NCBI GenBank assembly: GCA_001871475.1
Contig: MNVE01000003.1
Coordinates: 6,630 to 70,629 of the forward strand
Length of the DNA stretch: 64,000 nt
Source of the DNA: Candidatus Micrarchaeota archaeon CG1_02_47_40
Lineage (GTDB): Archaea; Micrarchaeota; Micrarchaeia; Anstonellales; CG1-02-47-40
Reading direction: 5' to 3'
The notes beneath the pieces are model-generated. The model worked only from the letters and a program-made list of their open reading frames with translations, was not told where the DNA came from and ran no database searches. How positions within the stretch are numbered: the first letter of the stretch is position 1; the number at the start of each line of letters is the position of its first letter. The translations under genes and the position numbers were made by a program. Of this stretch, positions 36,746-45,594 are shown piece after piece.

Positions 36746-38479
36746 TTATTTTTTCAGCTTGAAAATTATCACGAAAAGAAGCACTGCGATTACAAAAAGC
36801 AGAACCACTATCACTGTAATTGCGAGAAAACCGTCATAGTAAGGTGAATCAGCGGGTTTCTTTTCTTCTACACTTTCCCCTGCGCTTTCCTTTACAACTT
36901 CCTTTTCAATCCCTTCCTTCATTCTTCCTTCAATTTCCAGCGTGTTTTTTTCAAGCTCGCGTGCAAAAGCAAGCGCATAATACGCTCCCATGAGGTTGCC
37001 CTCCCTGTCCGCTTCGTATAAATATCTTCCATGCGCGGCGTACGCTTCACTCCACACGCCCGAATATTTCTGTGAAAGAAGGGATTTCACTTCCACTTCA
37101 ATCTCTTCTCTTCCCTTCTCAAAACCCTCCTTCCCCGCTTTAGCGCTTGAATATGCATAGGCAGAATCAAATATTGAGGCAAGATATTCCCCTTTCTCAT
37201 AAAGCTCTTGCGCATTCTCAAGCCGCCATGCCGCCTCCTCGTTTTCCACTCCCTCTGTGAGTATTTTTTCCGTTTCGTCAATCTTCCCGCGCGCCATAAG
37301 TGCAAACCCGCTTTCATTAACTTTCTTCCCTTCAACTCCTGCCTCTCCCTTCATCTTCCCTGCAATCATGCACCAGCTTTTTGCGTAAAGCGCCTCGCGC
37401 AGCAGATAATACTTCTCCTCAATCACTTCATAGCTTGAGTTTTTTACCTCTTTCACATTCTTCTCACTCCAGGAGCGCCTCAATTCTGCCCCGACACCCA
37501 TCTCCCAACTCTCTTCAAAAACAGTTTCTTCTCCACTATCTTGCTTCAAGCATTCTTCTGCTTCCCTTACTGTCTCATTCAAATCCCGCCCGCCTTGCAC
37601 ATCCAATAAGAGTTCCAAATCCACTTTTCCAAGAAACGCCTCGTTTGCCGCGCTGTAATAATACCCGTGCTCAAAAAGTGTTTTTGCGTTTTTCTGCCTT
37701 TGGGAAAAATACTCTTCTATCTGTCCGTTCCCCTGCACTTTGTTTTCCTTTATCTTCTCCCCAAATTCCACTAGCATTTCAGAGGCGATTCCCTTCAATT
37801 CTTCTGCATACTCCCCCCTGCTCAAGTTTTCCGGAGCCCTCACTAAATCTATCTGACTTTCATTCACAACAATTTCCCCTTCCGAAAGCGCAAATTCGTA
37901 TGCCTCTCCTAAATTTCTTGCCTCAAGCAGGCGCACGCTTGCATTCTCCCCGAAAAAAAGAAGCTTCTCAAAAAAGCTCTGCACCGGCACCACAAAATAA
38001 GTCAGGTTTTTCTCTTCAACAGCATGAAGCTTTTCCACCATCCCTCCAACCGCGCCGATGCTTCCGTCAGGCTCTATCGTTCCGGTCAGTGCCAAATCAT
38101 TTCTTACTGTTCTGTTTCCCGCAGCAGCCGCTGCTAAAACAGCCATTGCCGCCCCGCCTGACGGGCCGCTAACCTCCCCTCCCCCGCCTCCGTATATGCT
38201 AAAAGTAACATCGCACCCGCTTGCATTTGCATACTCTAAGCCAAGCACAGCCGCAATCTCCTGCGAAATTTGCGTGCTTATCCCGATTTTCGGCCTTATT
38301 TGCGTATACACTCTTCCATCTCCAGCGCTTGTGTGCGCCTCAACAGTCACAACATCTCCCTTTCCCTCCCCGAAAACCGCAGGCACAAAAACGCGCGCGA
38401 GCGCGTCAGGGCATTGCGCATGAACTGCATTAAGCAGGAGAAGAAGGGCAAAAAATAATGGGATAACTTTTCTTTCCAT
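36746..38479 (-). CDS. Secreted membrane-anchored S16 (Lon-like) serine protease lacking ATPase (COG1750-like)
   Basis: Signal peptide; SGPSGG, TGTIEPDGSIGAVGGMVEK Ser-Lys dyad; GYYYSAA; C-terminal TM helix. Confidence 0.85.
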   Translation of the reverse strand: MERKVIPLFFALLLLLNAVHAQCPDALARVFVPAVFGEGKGDVVTVEAHTSAGDGRVYTQIRPKIGISTQISQEIAAVLGLEYANASGCDVTFSIYGGGGGEVSGPSGGAAMAVLAAAAAGNRTVRNDLALTGTIEPDGSIGAVGGMVEKLHAVEEKNLTYFVVPVQSFFEKLLFFGENASVRLLEARNLGEAYEFALSEGEIVVNESQIDLVRAPENLSRGEYAEELKGIASEMLVEFGEKIKENKVQGNGQIEEYFSQRQKNAKTLFEHGYYYSAANEAFLGKVDLELLLDVQGGRDLNETVREAEECLKQDSGEETVFEESWEMGVGAELRRSWSEKNVKEVKNSSYEVIEEKYYLLREALYAKSWCMIAGKMKGEAGVEGKKVNESGFALMARGKIDETEKILTEGVENEEAAWRLENAQELYEKGEYLASIFDSAYAYSSAKAGKEGFEKGREEIEVEVKSLLSQKYSGVWSEAYAAHGRYLYEADREGNLMGAYYALAFARELEKNTLEIEGRMKEGIEKEVVKESAGESVEEKKPADSPYYDGFLAITVIVVLLFVIAVLLFVIIFKLKK

Positions 38480-38512
38480 ATAAAAACAACCCGAAAAGAA
38501 TAAAAAAATTTA

Positions 38513-38553
38513 TGCATCTCTGCTTGACGCGCTGCGTCAAGTCGATGCACTTT
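38513..38553. repeat. Palindromic element downstream of tRNA-Gly(CCC)
   Basis: tgcatc-tctgc-ttgacgc gct gcgtcaa-gtc-gatgcacttt. Confidence 0.6.
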
Positions 38554-38564
38554 TTTAGTGAAAG

Positions 38565-38675
38565 TGCATCCGCCGGGATTTTTGGGCGCCAATTACAGCA
38601 AACATGCTGCCAATCAGCCGAACCCGGGTCTCAAGCTTGGGAAGCTCGGATCCTACCAGGCTGGACTACGGATGC
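38565..38675 (-). tRNA. tRNA-Gly(CCC) with 38-nt T-loop intron (56/57; 38582-38619)
   Basis: Cloverleaf GCATCCG/CGGATGC, anticodon loop TTCCCAA; BHB GGGT-TC^G ... GCCC-AA^A. Confidence 0.92.
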
Positions 38676-38708
38676 ACAGGCAATTCTTTTGCCTCGCTAT
38701 TTATTTAA

Positions 38709-39710
38709 ATGCCCCCTGCGTGCTATATGGCGATGGATGCGTATCTTTGTGCAATAAAATACGCAAAACGCAGTATTCCAAAGTCTGCTCTTTTTGCCTT
38801 CAACACCTGCATAGATGCGGTTGTAAAAACCACCCCCCAAATGCTGCTCTGCCTCCCCCTGATACAGAAGGACAGGCATGTGCGGGAAGCGGTTCTTTCT
38901 TCTTTACAGAGGGAGATAACCATAGACAAGGAAGAGCTCTCCTTTTTGCGCAAAACCTTCCCCCGCCCCCAATACAGAATTGGAGGGCAGGCAGGGCAGG
39001 CTGCGGAAGTAGCGCGTGCATTGGGAGTTCTGCCGATAATATTCCCTGAAAGGAAGAAAAAAGAGCTTCCAATACACTATGTTTTTGAATACTGCAATTC
39101 GCTTGGGATGTGCAATCGCATTATTGCCTCTTACGAGCCGCAGCCGATGATTCCACAGGCAGGCTTGCATCTTCCAAAGAGGCTCCTTCGCTCCCTCAGT
39201 CATGCCTTCCTTGGAGGCTTTCACCTAATGAAATCAAAGGAAGAGATTATGCAATCGGCAAAAATAATCCATGCCTGGAAAAAGCAAAACCCGCACCTAC
39301 GCATCTTCGTTGAGCTTGGCGACTTTCAGAAAAAGGAAGTTCTGGCTGCCGCCAAAAAATACGTCCTTCCTCCTGCCGACTGCGAGGGGATGAATGAGGA
39401 AGAGCTGTTTCTGCTTACTGGCAGGCACGGAATAGATGCGATAAAGAAACTTCCAAAGGGAACTGGCAAAATACTCTTTCACTCCCCGAATTTTTCCTTC
39501 ACACTGCCAAAGGATGAAGGGGACGAGCAGGCGCTCCTTTTTGCAAGATTAGTCTGCTCTTACAGGGCAAAATACGGGAAAAATCCCTCTTTTTCCTCGC
39601 TTGCAAAATACGCAAAAACCTCCCCTTCACTGCACATAGAAAACCCGAAATTCACGGTTGGGCTGGGAGACGCTTTCAGCTGCGCTTACTTTCTGGCGGC
39701 AAAAAGATGA
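38709..39710 (+). CDS. ADP-dependent glucokinase/phosphofructokinase family protein
   Basis: FNTCIDAV, RIGGQAG, IHYVFEY, NRIIAS, GMNEEEL, TVGLGDAFS; true start may be 38727 or 38733. Confidence 0.85.
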   Translation: MPPACYMAMDAYLCAIKYAKRSIPKSALFAFNTCIDAVVKTTPQMLLCLPLIQKDRHVREAVLSSLQREITIDKEELSFLRKTFPRPQYRIGGQAGQAAEVARALGVLPIIFPERKKKELPIHYVFEYCNSLGMCNRIIASYEPQPMIPQAGLHLPKRLLRSLSHAFLGGFHLMKSKEEIMQSAKIIHAWKKQNPHLRIFVELGDFQKKEVLAAAKKYVLPPADCEGMNEEELFLLTGRHGIDAIKKLPKGTGKILFHSPNFSFTLPKDEGDEQALLFARLVCSYRAKYGKNPSFSSLAKYAKTSPSLHIENPKFTVGLGDAFSCAYFLAAKR

Positions 39711-39728
39711 TTGAATATACCGCGCACA

Positions 39729-40052
39729 TCATCCAAATGTCAGAATCCTATCCGACTCTTCCACCAGTTTAAGCAAATCCCTCATGGTTGAGATTGGGCA
39801 GACGCCGCTGCCCTCCTTCTGCCTTGATTTTAAGCAGGTTCCACATGCCAATATTTTTCCCTTATTCCCAAGGAAAGAGGCGACCTGTTCATCTACCTTG
39901 TATTTCTCGCTTCTGATTTCTTCTATCTCAACGCCCCTGTTCAGAAGAAAGACGCTGACCTCGTGATTTGCATTCAGCGCAGTCGTTCCGAATCTGAAGG
40001 CATTCCAAACTTCTTCCGGCTCGTTCGTGCTTATGACAATCCCGATTTTCAT
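39729..40052 (-). CDS. DsrE-family protein
   Basis: WNAFRF, VFLLNRGVE, ACGTCLKSR, CPISTM. Confidence 0.88.
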   Translation of the reverse strand: MKIGIVISTNEPEEVWNAFRFGTTALNANHEVSVFLLNRGVEIEEIRSEKYKVDEQVASFLGNKGKILACGTCLKSRQKEGSGVCPISTMRDLLKLVEESDRILTFG

Positions 40053-40080
40053 TCATAACACCTCTTTATAAAAACACATA

Positions 40081-40194
40081 TGCGGCCGCCGGGATTGGCA
40101 GGCTTGCCTGACAAATTTTGCCGTCAGGCAAATCTTTTGAACCCGGATTATTAGCTTGGAAGGCTAGAATCCTACCAGGTTGAATGACGGCCGC
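40081..40194 (-). tRNA. tRNA-Gly(TCC) with 41-nt T-loop intron (exact junction ambiguous)
   Basis: GCGGCCG/CGGCCGC acceptor, CTTCCAA loop, T-loop interrupted within 40095-40138 by a palindrome. Confidence 0.88.
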
Positions 40195-40239
40195 AAATAT
40201 GGACTATTTTAGGCAGGATAAGATTAAAAAGATGAAAAG

Positions 40240-40333
40240 AAAATGCGACTCTGCCTGCCCTTCGGGCAAGTCGTCGCATTTTTCGCTCTATTTGCCCTTC
40301 GGGCAAGTCTTGACAACTCCGTTGTCAATCTGC
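40240..40333. repeat. Cluster of REP-like palindromes downstream of tRNA-Gly(GCC)
   Basis: tgcccttcgggcaagtc twice, ttgacaac-tcc-gttgtcaa, outer stem aaaatgcgac/gtcgcatttt. Confidence 0.65.
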
Positions 40334-40339
40334 TCAAAA

Positions 40340-40448
40340 TGCGACCGCCGGGATTTTTGGGCCTTCGTTATCCCGCGAGGGGAGCACGAAGAGAACCCGG
40401 GCCTTAAGATTGGCAACCTCATATCCTACCAGGCTAGACGACGGTCGC
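40340..40448 (-). tRNA. tRNA-Gly(GCC) with 36-nt T-loop intron (56/57; 40357-40392)
   Basis: GCGACCG/CGGTCGC acceptor, TTGCCAA loop; BHB GGGT-TC^T CTTCGT..ACGAAG GCCC-AA^A. Confidence 0.92.
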
Positions 40449-40688
40449 ATCCTTGATGCAACTATTCTTATGGATAAGCACATTTAAGAAAATTGCCCTT
40501 GCTTGGTAACAGTTTAAACATGGCCGAAAGGGTTTTATCCTTCCTTTACAAGAATAAACTGGGAGGGAGATGGGGGTAGAACAATTGTCGGGAGATTTTG
40601 TATTGTGTCACACTCCACAACATATAAAAACACCCATACCTAAAATATAAACCTTCCATTCTTAAAACTCAAAATAGAGGAGATACCT

Positions 40689-41207
40689 GTGGCTTACTCA
40701 AAAACTGAACCATCCCTTGTAGAATTGACCCGTGAACTATTTGGAGATTTGTCTGATTTCATATGTGAACGGAAGATAGATGAAGAAAAAGTAAAAAAGT
40801 ATGATCAGGTTCTTTCAGTACTCGAAGGGCGAAAAGAGTGTTGGGCGATGAACACTGCCTTGCCACCAATAGACTCTATAAAAATTTACGGGGCTTATTC
40901 TACAGTCTACGGAACTCTTTACGGGATTGCTAAAAATCTTGACCTCGGGATAAAACGAAAGGAAAATCCAAAAGCTGCAAAAGAAGTGTATTCAATCCTT
41001 CAGAATGCGGTTGACCTTATACCAAAGCTTGAGAAGGTTACTAAAGAAAAAAAGGCTCCCGCCCAAATTATAAGTGAAATATTCGATGCCAGCCGTTCCC
41101 TAAGAAGGCAGGCAATAAACAAGCAGATTATACAGGCAGGAGAGCTTCCGGACAGAAAAAAGCTCATAATCGAACTCGGAGAGCATATTGAAAGCAATCT
41201 CAACTAG
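40689..41207 (+). CDS. Hypothetical helical protein, partner of PIN-domain gene
   Basis: GAGGAG SD and GTG start; 2-nt gap to the next gene; AT-rich. Confidence 0.65.
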   Translation: MAYSKTEPSLVELTRELFGDLSDFICERKIDEEKVKKYDQVLSVLEGRKECWAMNTALPPIDSIKIYGAYSTVYGTLYGIAKNLDLGIKRKENPKAAKEVYSILQNAVDLIPKLEKVTKEKKAPAQIISEIFDASRSLRRQAINKQIIQAGELPDRKKLIIELGEHIESNLN

Positions 41208-41209
41208 CG

Positions 41210-41998
41210 GTGTTTTCTTCTGTGGGTGTAAAAATTTACATAGAAACGTCAATAGTTGTTTCTGCATCGCTAGGTAGCATGCTTGGGGGCAAACAGTTGA
41301 AACATGAGCGCTATGACACTACATTCAATCTCCTTCAATATGCCGAACAGTATTACCAACAACAAAAAAATGGATTTTTCACAACACACAGTGTAGTTAT
41401 TGAGGCAAAAAGAGTTATTGACAAAGCCCTCAACAGCCTGCTTGAAAGCAAACTTCCGAAGTTAATCAAAAAGGGAAAGCCAGAACGTTTAGTTAACGCA
41501 GAAAAATATCATCTCCTTCTTAATGAATGTACGGACCAACTCGAAACATGGCTATCTTATCTCAAATGCGAGAACTACGACAACCGGAAAAAATCCGAGA
41601 TTGTTGAACAGCTTCAGGGCGAGTTCCAGATTTTGGATATTGAGTTTCGGAAAGCTAACCCCGGCGACATTAATCATTTTCATCTATCAACGCGAAATAC
41701 TGGTTTCAGAAGAGTATGCAAAGCCATTTGGACCGAGCAGAGAAAAGAAGCTCTTGAAGAATACAAGCCCAAACATGGACGGACTGATATTGAGATTATG
41801 GCAGAAATAGCCAGCATAAACCAAGAAAAAAGTGTTGAAGTATATATTGCCAGTGAAGATAGACATTTTTATGCCAAACAAACCAGAGATCTTCTTGAAC
41901 AGCTTTATGGGATAAAATGCAGGCGTTCACACGAACTGTTGGCTGATGGTATGATAAAAAAGTTATTAAAGAACGAAGAGGCTACCCCTGCTTCTTAA
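41210..41998 (+). CDS. PIN-domain protein (putative RNase)
   Basis: IYIETSIVV, TTHSVVIE, TDIEIMAE, IASEDRHF acidic PIN pattern. Confidence 0.7.
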   Translation: MFSSVGVKIYIETSIVVSASLGSMLGGKQLKHERYDTTFNLLQYAEQYYQQQKNGFFTTHSVVIEAKRVIDKALNSLLESKLPKLIKKGKPERLVNAEKYHLLLNECTDQLETWLSYLKCENYDNRKKSEIVEQLQGEFQILDIEFRKANPGDINHFHLSTRNTGFRRVCKAIWTEQRKEALEEYKPKHGRTDIEIMAEIASINQEKSVEVYIASEDRHFYAKQTRDLLEQLYGIKCRRSHELLADGMIKKLLKNEEATPAS

Positions 41999-42062
41999 GC
42001 AAATTAGGATGGACTTTCCCCATCTTGTTGAGGCAACTCAATAAACCTAACCCGAAATTTCA

Positions 42063-42181
42063 TGCCGCGTGCCGGATTTGAACCAGCGACACTGCGGTGC
42101 CAAAACCTCAAAAGGGAATTTTAGCAAACCCCCCTTGGAAATTCTTCAGCCGCATGCTCTCCCAGGCTGAGCTAACGCGGC
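42063..42181 (-). tRNA. tRNA-Phe(GAA) with canonical 45-nt intron (37/38; 42099-42143)
   Basis: GCCGCGT/ACGCGGC acceptor, CTGAAG^..^A, intact TTCAAAT T-loop. Confidence 0.93.
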
Positions 42182-42250
42182 ACACTTGTGCCAACAAAGA
42201 ATCTTTTGGCACTTCATATTTTAATAAGCTTGCCTGCCCAATCCTAAGTG

Positions 42251-43963
42251 ATGAAAAGGAAGCATTTTCTACTGCTTTTCGGGGCGATTTTGCTTGCCGC
42301 TTTATTCCTAAGGCTCAATGCGATAAACACCACCGAACCCTGGTGGGACGAAAATTTATACACTGTGCGCCCTTACAATTTCCTTGAATCCGACCACCTC
42401 TCCACCATAGACCAGGCGCCCCTTTACTTTTACTTGGCAGATGTTGTGTACAAAATAATGGGGCTTTCAGTTTTCTCTGCGAGATTTCTCTCCCTTTTCT
42501 TCGGGATGCTTTCCATTCCCCTCCTCTACTTAGTTGTGCGGGAAATTGCCTCAAAAGAGCACGCCCTCATTTCTTCAGCTTTTCTCGCATTCAGCGGTTT
42601 TCATATTGCTTATACAATTGGCGATATGGGATTGGCTGCCACTTTCTTCATCCTCCTATTCCTTTACTTTTTCATCAAACTCCTCAAAACAGGTGAGAAC
42701 AAATACCTTCTTCTTTGCTCCCTTACAGCCGCACTGGGGACGCTTATAAAATCATACATGCTCATTTTCGCATTCTCCTGCGGGCTGTATTTCATCTACT
42801 CCCTTTACCGCAAAGGAGGATTGGATGCGTCATCCTTCCTTAAGAAATTTCCCCTCAAATACCTCATCGCATCCCTCATTCTTTTCCTCTTTTTCGTTTC
42901 CCCCATTCTCATATACAACCTCCTCCTTTTCCAGGAAAAGGGGCAGATGGACATTATTTTCACAAGATTTTTCAGGCTTGATGAGAGTGCTTACGCAGGG
43001 CTTGGCATGCCTGAATTTGACGTTTCAATACTTCCTGGCAATCTGGCAAACATGGTCTCCAATTACTTTTTGCACCACGACATGGCAATATTTTCCCTTG
43101 CGGTTTTGGGAATGCTTCTTGTCGCATATAAGAGAGAAGGGGAGCACACATCGCTTCTTCTCCTCTGTTTTCTGCTTCCGCTCTTCTTCCTTCTCTGCTC
43201 AACACAGCTTCCCAAAAACTTCGTGTTTTTCGCCCCGATAATTTCATTCTTTGCGGCGGATGCAGTTATTTTTTTGAGTTCAAAGGCAGCGCCGTTTTTC
43301 AAATTCAACCATCTTCTTGCAATGCTCGTACTAATAGTCCTCGCACTTAATCTTTATGCCATCATCTCCAATTATGAACGCTCTTTCCCGACAGTCCAAC
43401 TGCGCGATGAGGTTTCAAAATATTCCCCTCAATCAACTCTTTTCATAGCGGACTCAAGAATTTACAGGGGCAAATTCACCTTTGCGCTCATGGACAGGCA
43501 TTACGCTGAAACGCTGGAGTTAAGATATGTGCCATTTGCAAAGGACGAGGCAAACTCCGTGCTCACAAAAACCGTTTTCATAGAATGCGTGCCAGGGGAC
43601 TGCGGCTGGGGTGCGGGCAAGGTAGATGCAACACTTACTGCAGAAGAGATAAGCTCCCTAAAGAAAAATCTCGTTGCGGGAAAGGACATTCTCCACAATG
43701 GCAAACCATATTACCGCATCTACTCCGGTTTTCTCTCCCTTGAGCCATACTCCCTTTCAGGGTTGGATTATGTGCATTCCTTCTACTTCTACCCTGTTGC
43801 GTGGAAGGAAAAGCGGCTCTCACAGGACAATTACAATACGGAAAATTCACTGCATTCACTTGGAAAAATTGCGATTTACCTTTCCATAATTGCAGCAATA
43901 GTGCTTTCCCTCTATTCCATTTACGTTTTTGCAAGATTTTGCAAAAAAGAACAGACAGAGTAA
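42251..43963 (+). CDS. GT-C/GT39 (ArnT/PMT-like) membrane glycosyltransferase
   Basis: LFLRL..WWDE..DQAPLY..SARFLS; ~12 TM segments. Confidence 0.85.
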   Translation: MKRKHFLLLFGAILLAALFLRLNAINTTEPWWDENLYTVRPYNFLESDHLSTIDQAPLYFYLADVVYKIMGLSVFSARFLSLFFGMLSIPLLYLVVREIASKEHALISSAFLAFSGFHIAYTIGDMGLAATFFILLFLYFFIKLLKTGENKYLLLCSLTAALGTLIKSYMLIFAFSCGLYFIYSLYRKGGLDASSFLKKFPLKYLIASLILFLFFVSPILIYNLLLFQEKGQMDIIFTRFFRLDESAYAGLGMPEFDVSILPGNLANMVSNYFLHHDMAIFSLAVLGMLLVAYKREGEHTSLLLLCFLLPLFFLLCSTQLPKNFVFFAPIISFFAADAVIFLSSKAAPFFKFNHLLAMLVLIVLALNLYAIISNYERSFPTVQLRDEVSKYSPQSTLFIADSRIYRGKFTFALMDRHYAETLELRYVPFAKDEANSVLTKTVFIECVPGDCGWGAGKVDATLTAEEISSLKKNLVAGKDILHNGKPYYRIYSGFLSLEPYSLSGLDYVHSFYFYPVAWKEKRLSQDNYNTENSLHSLGKIAIYLSIIAAIVLSLYSIYVFARFCKKEQTE

Positions 43964-43996
43964 GTTTTATTATCCTCCCCTCCGTTTTATTTCCAT

Positions 43997-45421
43997 ATGT
44001 GGACTACTGCCGAGGTGCCTATTCCTTCCGACCCCTTCTCCTGTGTTATCGGGCAGGATGAAGCGGTTAGGATAGCGCGCATAATCACAAAACAAAGAAG
44101 GAATCTTCTCCTGGTGGGTCCGCCGGGCGTAGGAAAGAGCATGGTCGCATGGGCTGTTTCTTCTTCTCTTCCCCCTGCCTGCGAGGAAATTTCAATCCTT
44201 CACAATCCGGAATGCCCGGAGCGCCCGGTATGCGAGTCAAGAAGAAGGGAAAACATAGACGCGGAGGAGCATTTTTTTCGTGTCAGCGGCAGGGCAACCG
44301 ATGCGGCAGACATCCCCTTCCACGCTGCGGAGCGCCTCGGATTTCGCTGCCGCCGCTGTGCAGCAATCTCCTCATGCAATATTCAGGCATGCCCCAAATG
44401 CGGCTTTGACAAATACCGGCTTGCATCTTCCCCATTTGACGAGCTTGTCACCTCAATTGATTCGGGAAGAAGGGAAAAGCGCGTGCAGACGACGATAAAA
44501 AACACCGTTAGCGGCGCTGATGAGGTTTTCCTTTTTGAAGCCGCCTCGGATTCAAAGGCGCGCGTGTTCAATGCAAATGAACTTGAAAAGCTGAAACTTT
44601 ACGCACTGCGCCGCCCCCGCAAAATACTTGTTCCGCTTGGGCGCAAGACGTTCATACAGGCGACCGGCGCAAGCGAAACCGAACTTTTGGGTGATGTGAA
44701 GCACGACCCGTACGGGGGGCATGCGGAACTGGGCACGCAGCCTTATGCGCGCGTGGTGCCAGGCGCCATTCACGAAGCGCACGAGGGGGTGCTTTTCATA
44801 GACGAGCTTTCCTCAATGGGGCGATTGCAGCGCTTCATACTGACTGCGATGCAGGAGAAAAAATTTCCGATTTCCGGAAAAAACCCCTCAAGCACAGGCT
44901 CCTCCGTCCGCGTGGACGGGGTTCCGTGCAATTTCATTTTCGTTTCAGCCCTGAACATAAATGATTTGGCGGGGATTCTCCCCCCGCTGCGCTCAAGGAT
45001 TGCAGGGGACGGCTACGAGGTTCTTTTAAATACGCACATGGGAGATACAAAAGAGAACAGGGACAGGCTCCTCCAATTCATGCGCCAGGAAATAGAAAAG
45101 GACGGAAGAATACCTCATGCCAATGAAGATGCGGCACACACACTAATTGAAGAAGCAAGGAAAAGGGCAGGGGAGATAGATAACGCACACGATTCGCTCA
45201 CACTGCGCCTGCGCGGTTTGTCAGGTGTGATAAAGCTCGCAGGGGATCTGGCGGTGTTTGAAGGCGCACAGCTGATTGAAAAAAAGCACATAACCCTGGC
45301 AATAGAAAAAAACCGCTCGGTAGAGGAGCAGCTTCATGAAAAATACGGCTCTGCATTCAAGGCAGGGATGTCCGACCTCTCGTTCAGAGAAGGGCGGGAA
45401 AGGGCAAGCGACATCACTTAA
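43997..45421 (+). CDS. Lon-type AAA+ ATPase lacking the protease domain, with Zn ribbon
   Basis: VIGQDEA, GPPGVGKS, LLGDVKHDPY, GAIHEAHEGVLFIDE, PLRSRI, LRLR; CRRC..CPKC; ends without GPSA/GDSA domain. Confidence 0.88.
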   Translation: MWTTAEVPIPSDPFSCVIGQDEAVRIARIITKQRRNLLLVGPPGVGKSMVAWAVSSSLPPACEEISILHNPECPERPVCESRRRENIDAEEHFFRVSGRATDAADIPFHAAERLGFRCRRCAAISSCNIQACPKCGFDKYRLASSPFDELVTSIDSGRREKRVQTTIKNTVSGADEVFLFEAASDSKARVFNANELEKLKLYALRRPRKILVPLGRKTFIQATGASETELLGDVKHDPYGGHAELGTQPYARVVPGAIHEAHEGVLFIDELSSMGRLQRFILTAMQEKKFPISGKNPSSTGSSVRVDGVPCNFIFVSALNINDLAGILPPLRSRIAGDGYEVLLNTHMGDTKENRDRLLQFMRQEIEKDGRIPHANEDAAHTLIEEARKRAGEIDNAHDSLTLRLRGLSGVIKLAGDLAVFEGAQLIEKKHITLAIEKNRSVEEQLHEKYGSAFKAGMSDLSFREGRERASDIT

Positions 45422-45594
45422 CATGCCTTTTTCACATTCTTTTTTTTCCTCCTTCCCGTAAATACTCTTCCAATATTCTTCTTTTTCCCCTTCTTTTAAA
45501 CATCGCATAATCCCCCCATTAGTCTTTTTTCCTTCCTCGCAATCTTTAAAAACAGTCCCTCTGTAAGTAAGTGGAAATAAAGGGGTGCTTTTGA

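Noticed and set aside
38558-39049. ORFs overlapping tRNA genes or SRP RNA (also 40184-40456, 42097-42387, 59894-60425)
   Set aside because: Explained by the RNA genes they overlap
40570-40650. 26-codon ORF with SD upstream of the PIN module
   Set aside because: Too short, with no recognisable motif; cannot be supported
36746-45421. Split Lon protease formed by the S16 protease gene plus the protease-less Lon ATPase
   Set aside because: The S16 protein has a signal peptide and C-terminal TM, so its domain is extracellular; it belongs to a known stand-alone family and lies 5.5 kb away on the other strand
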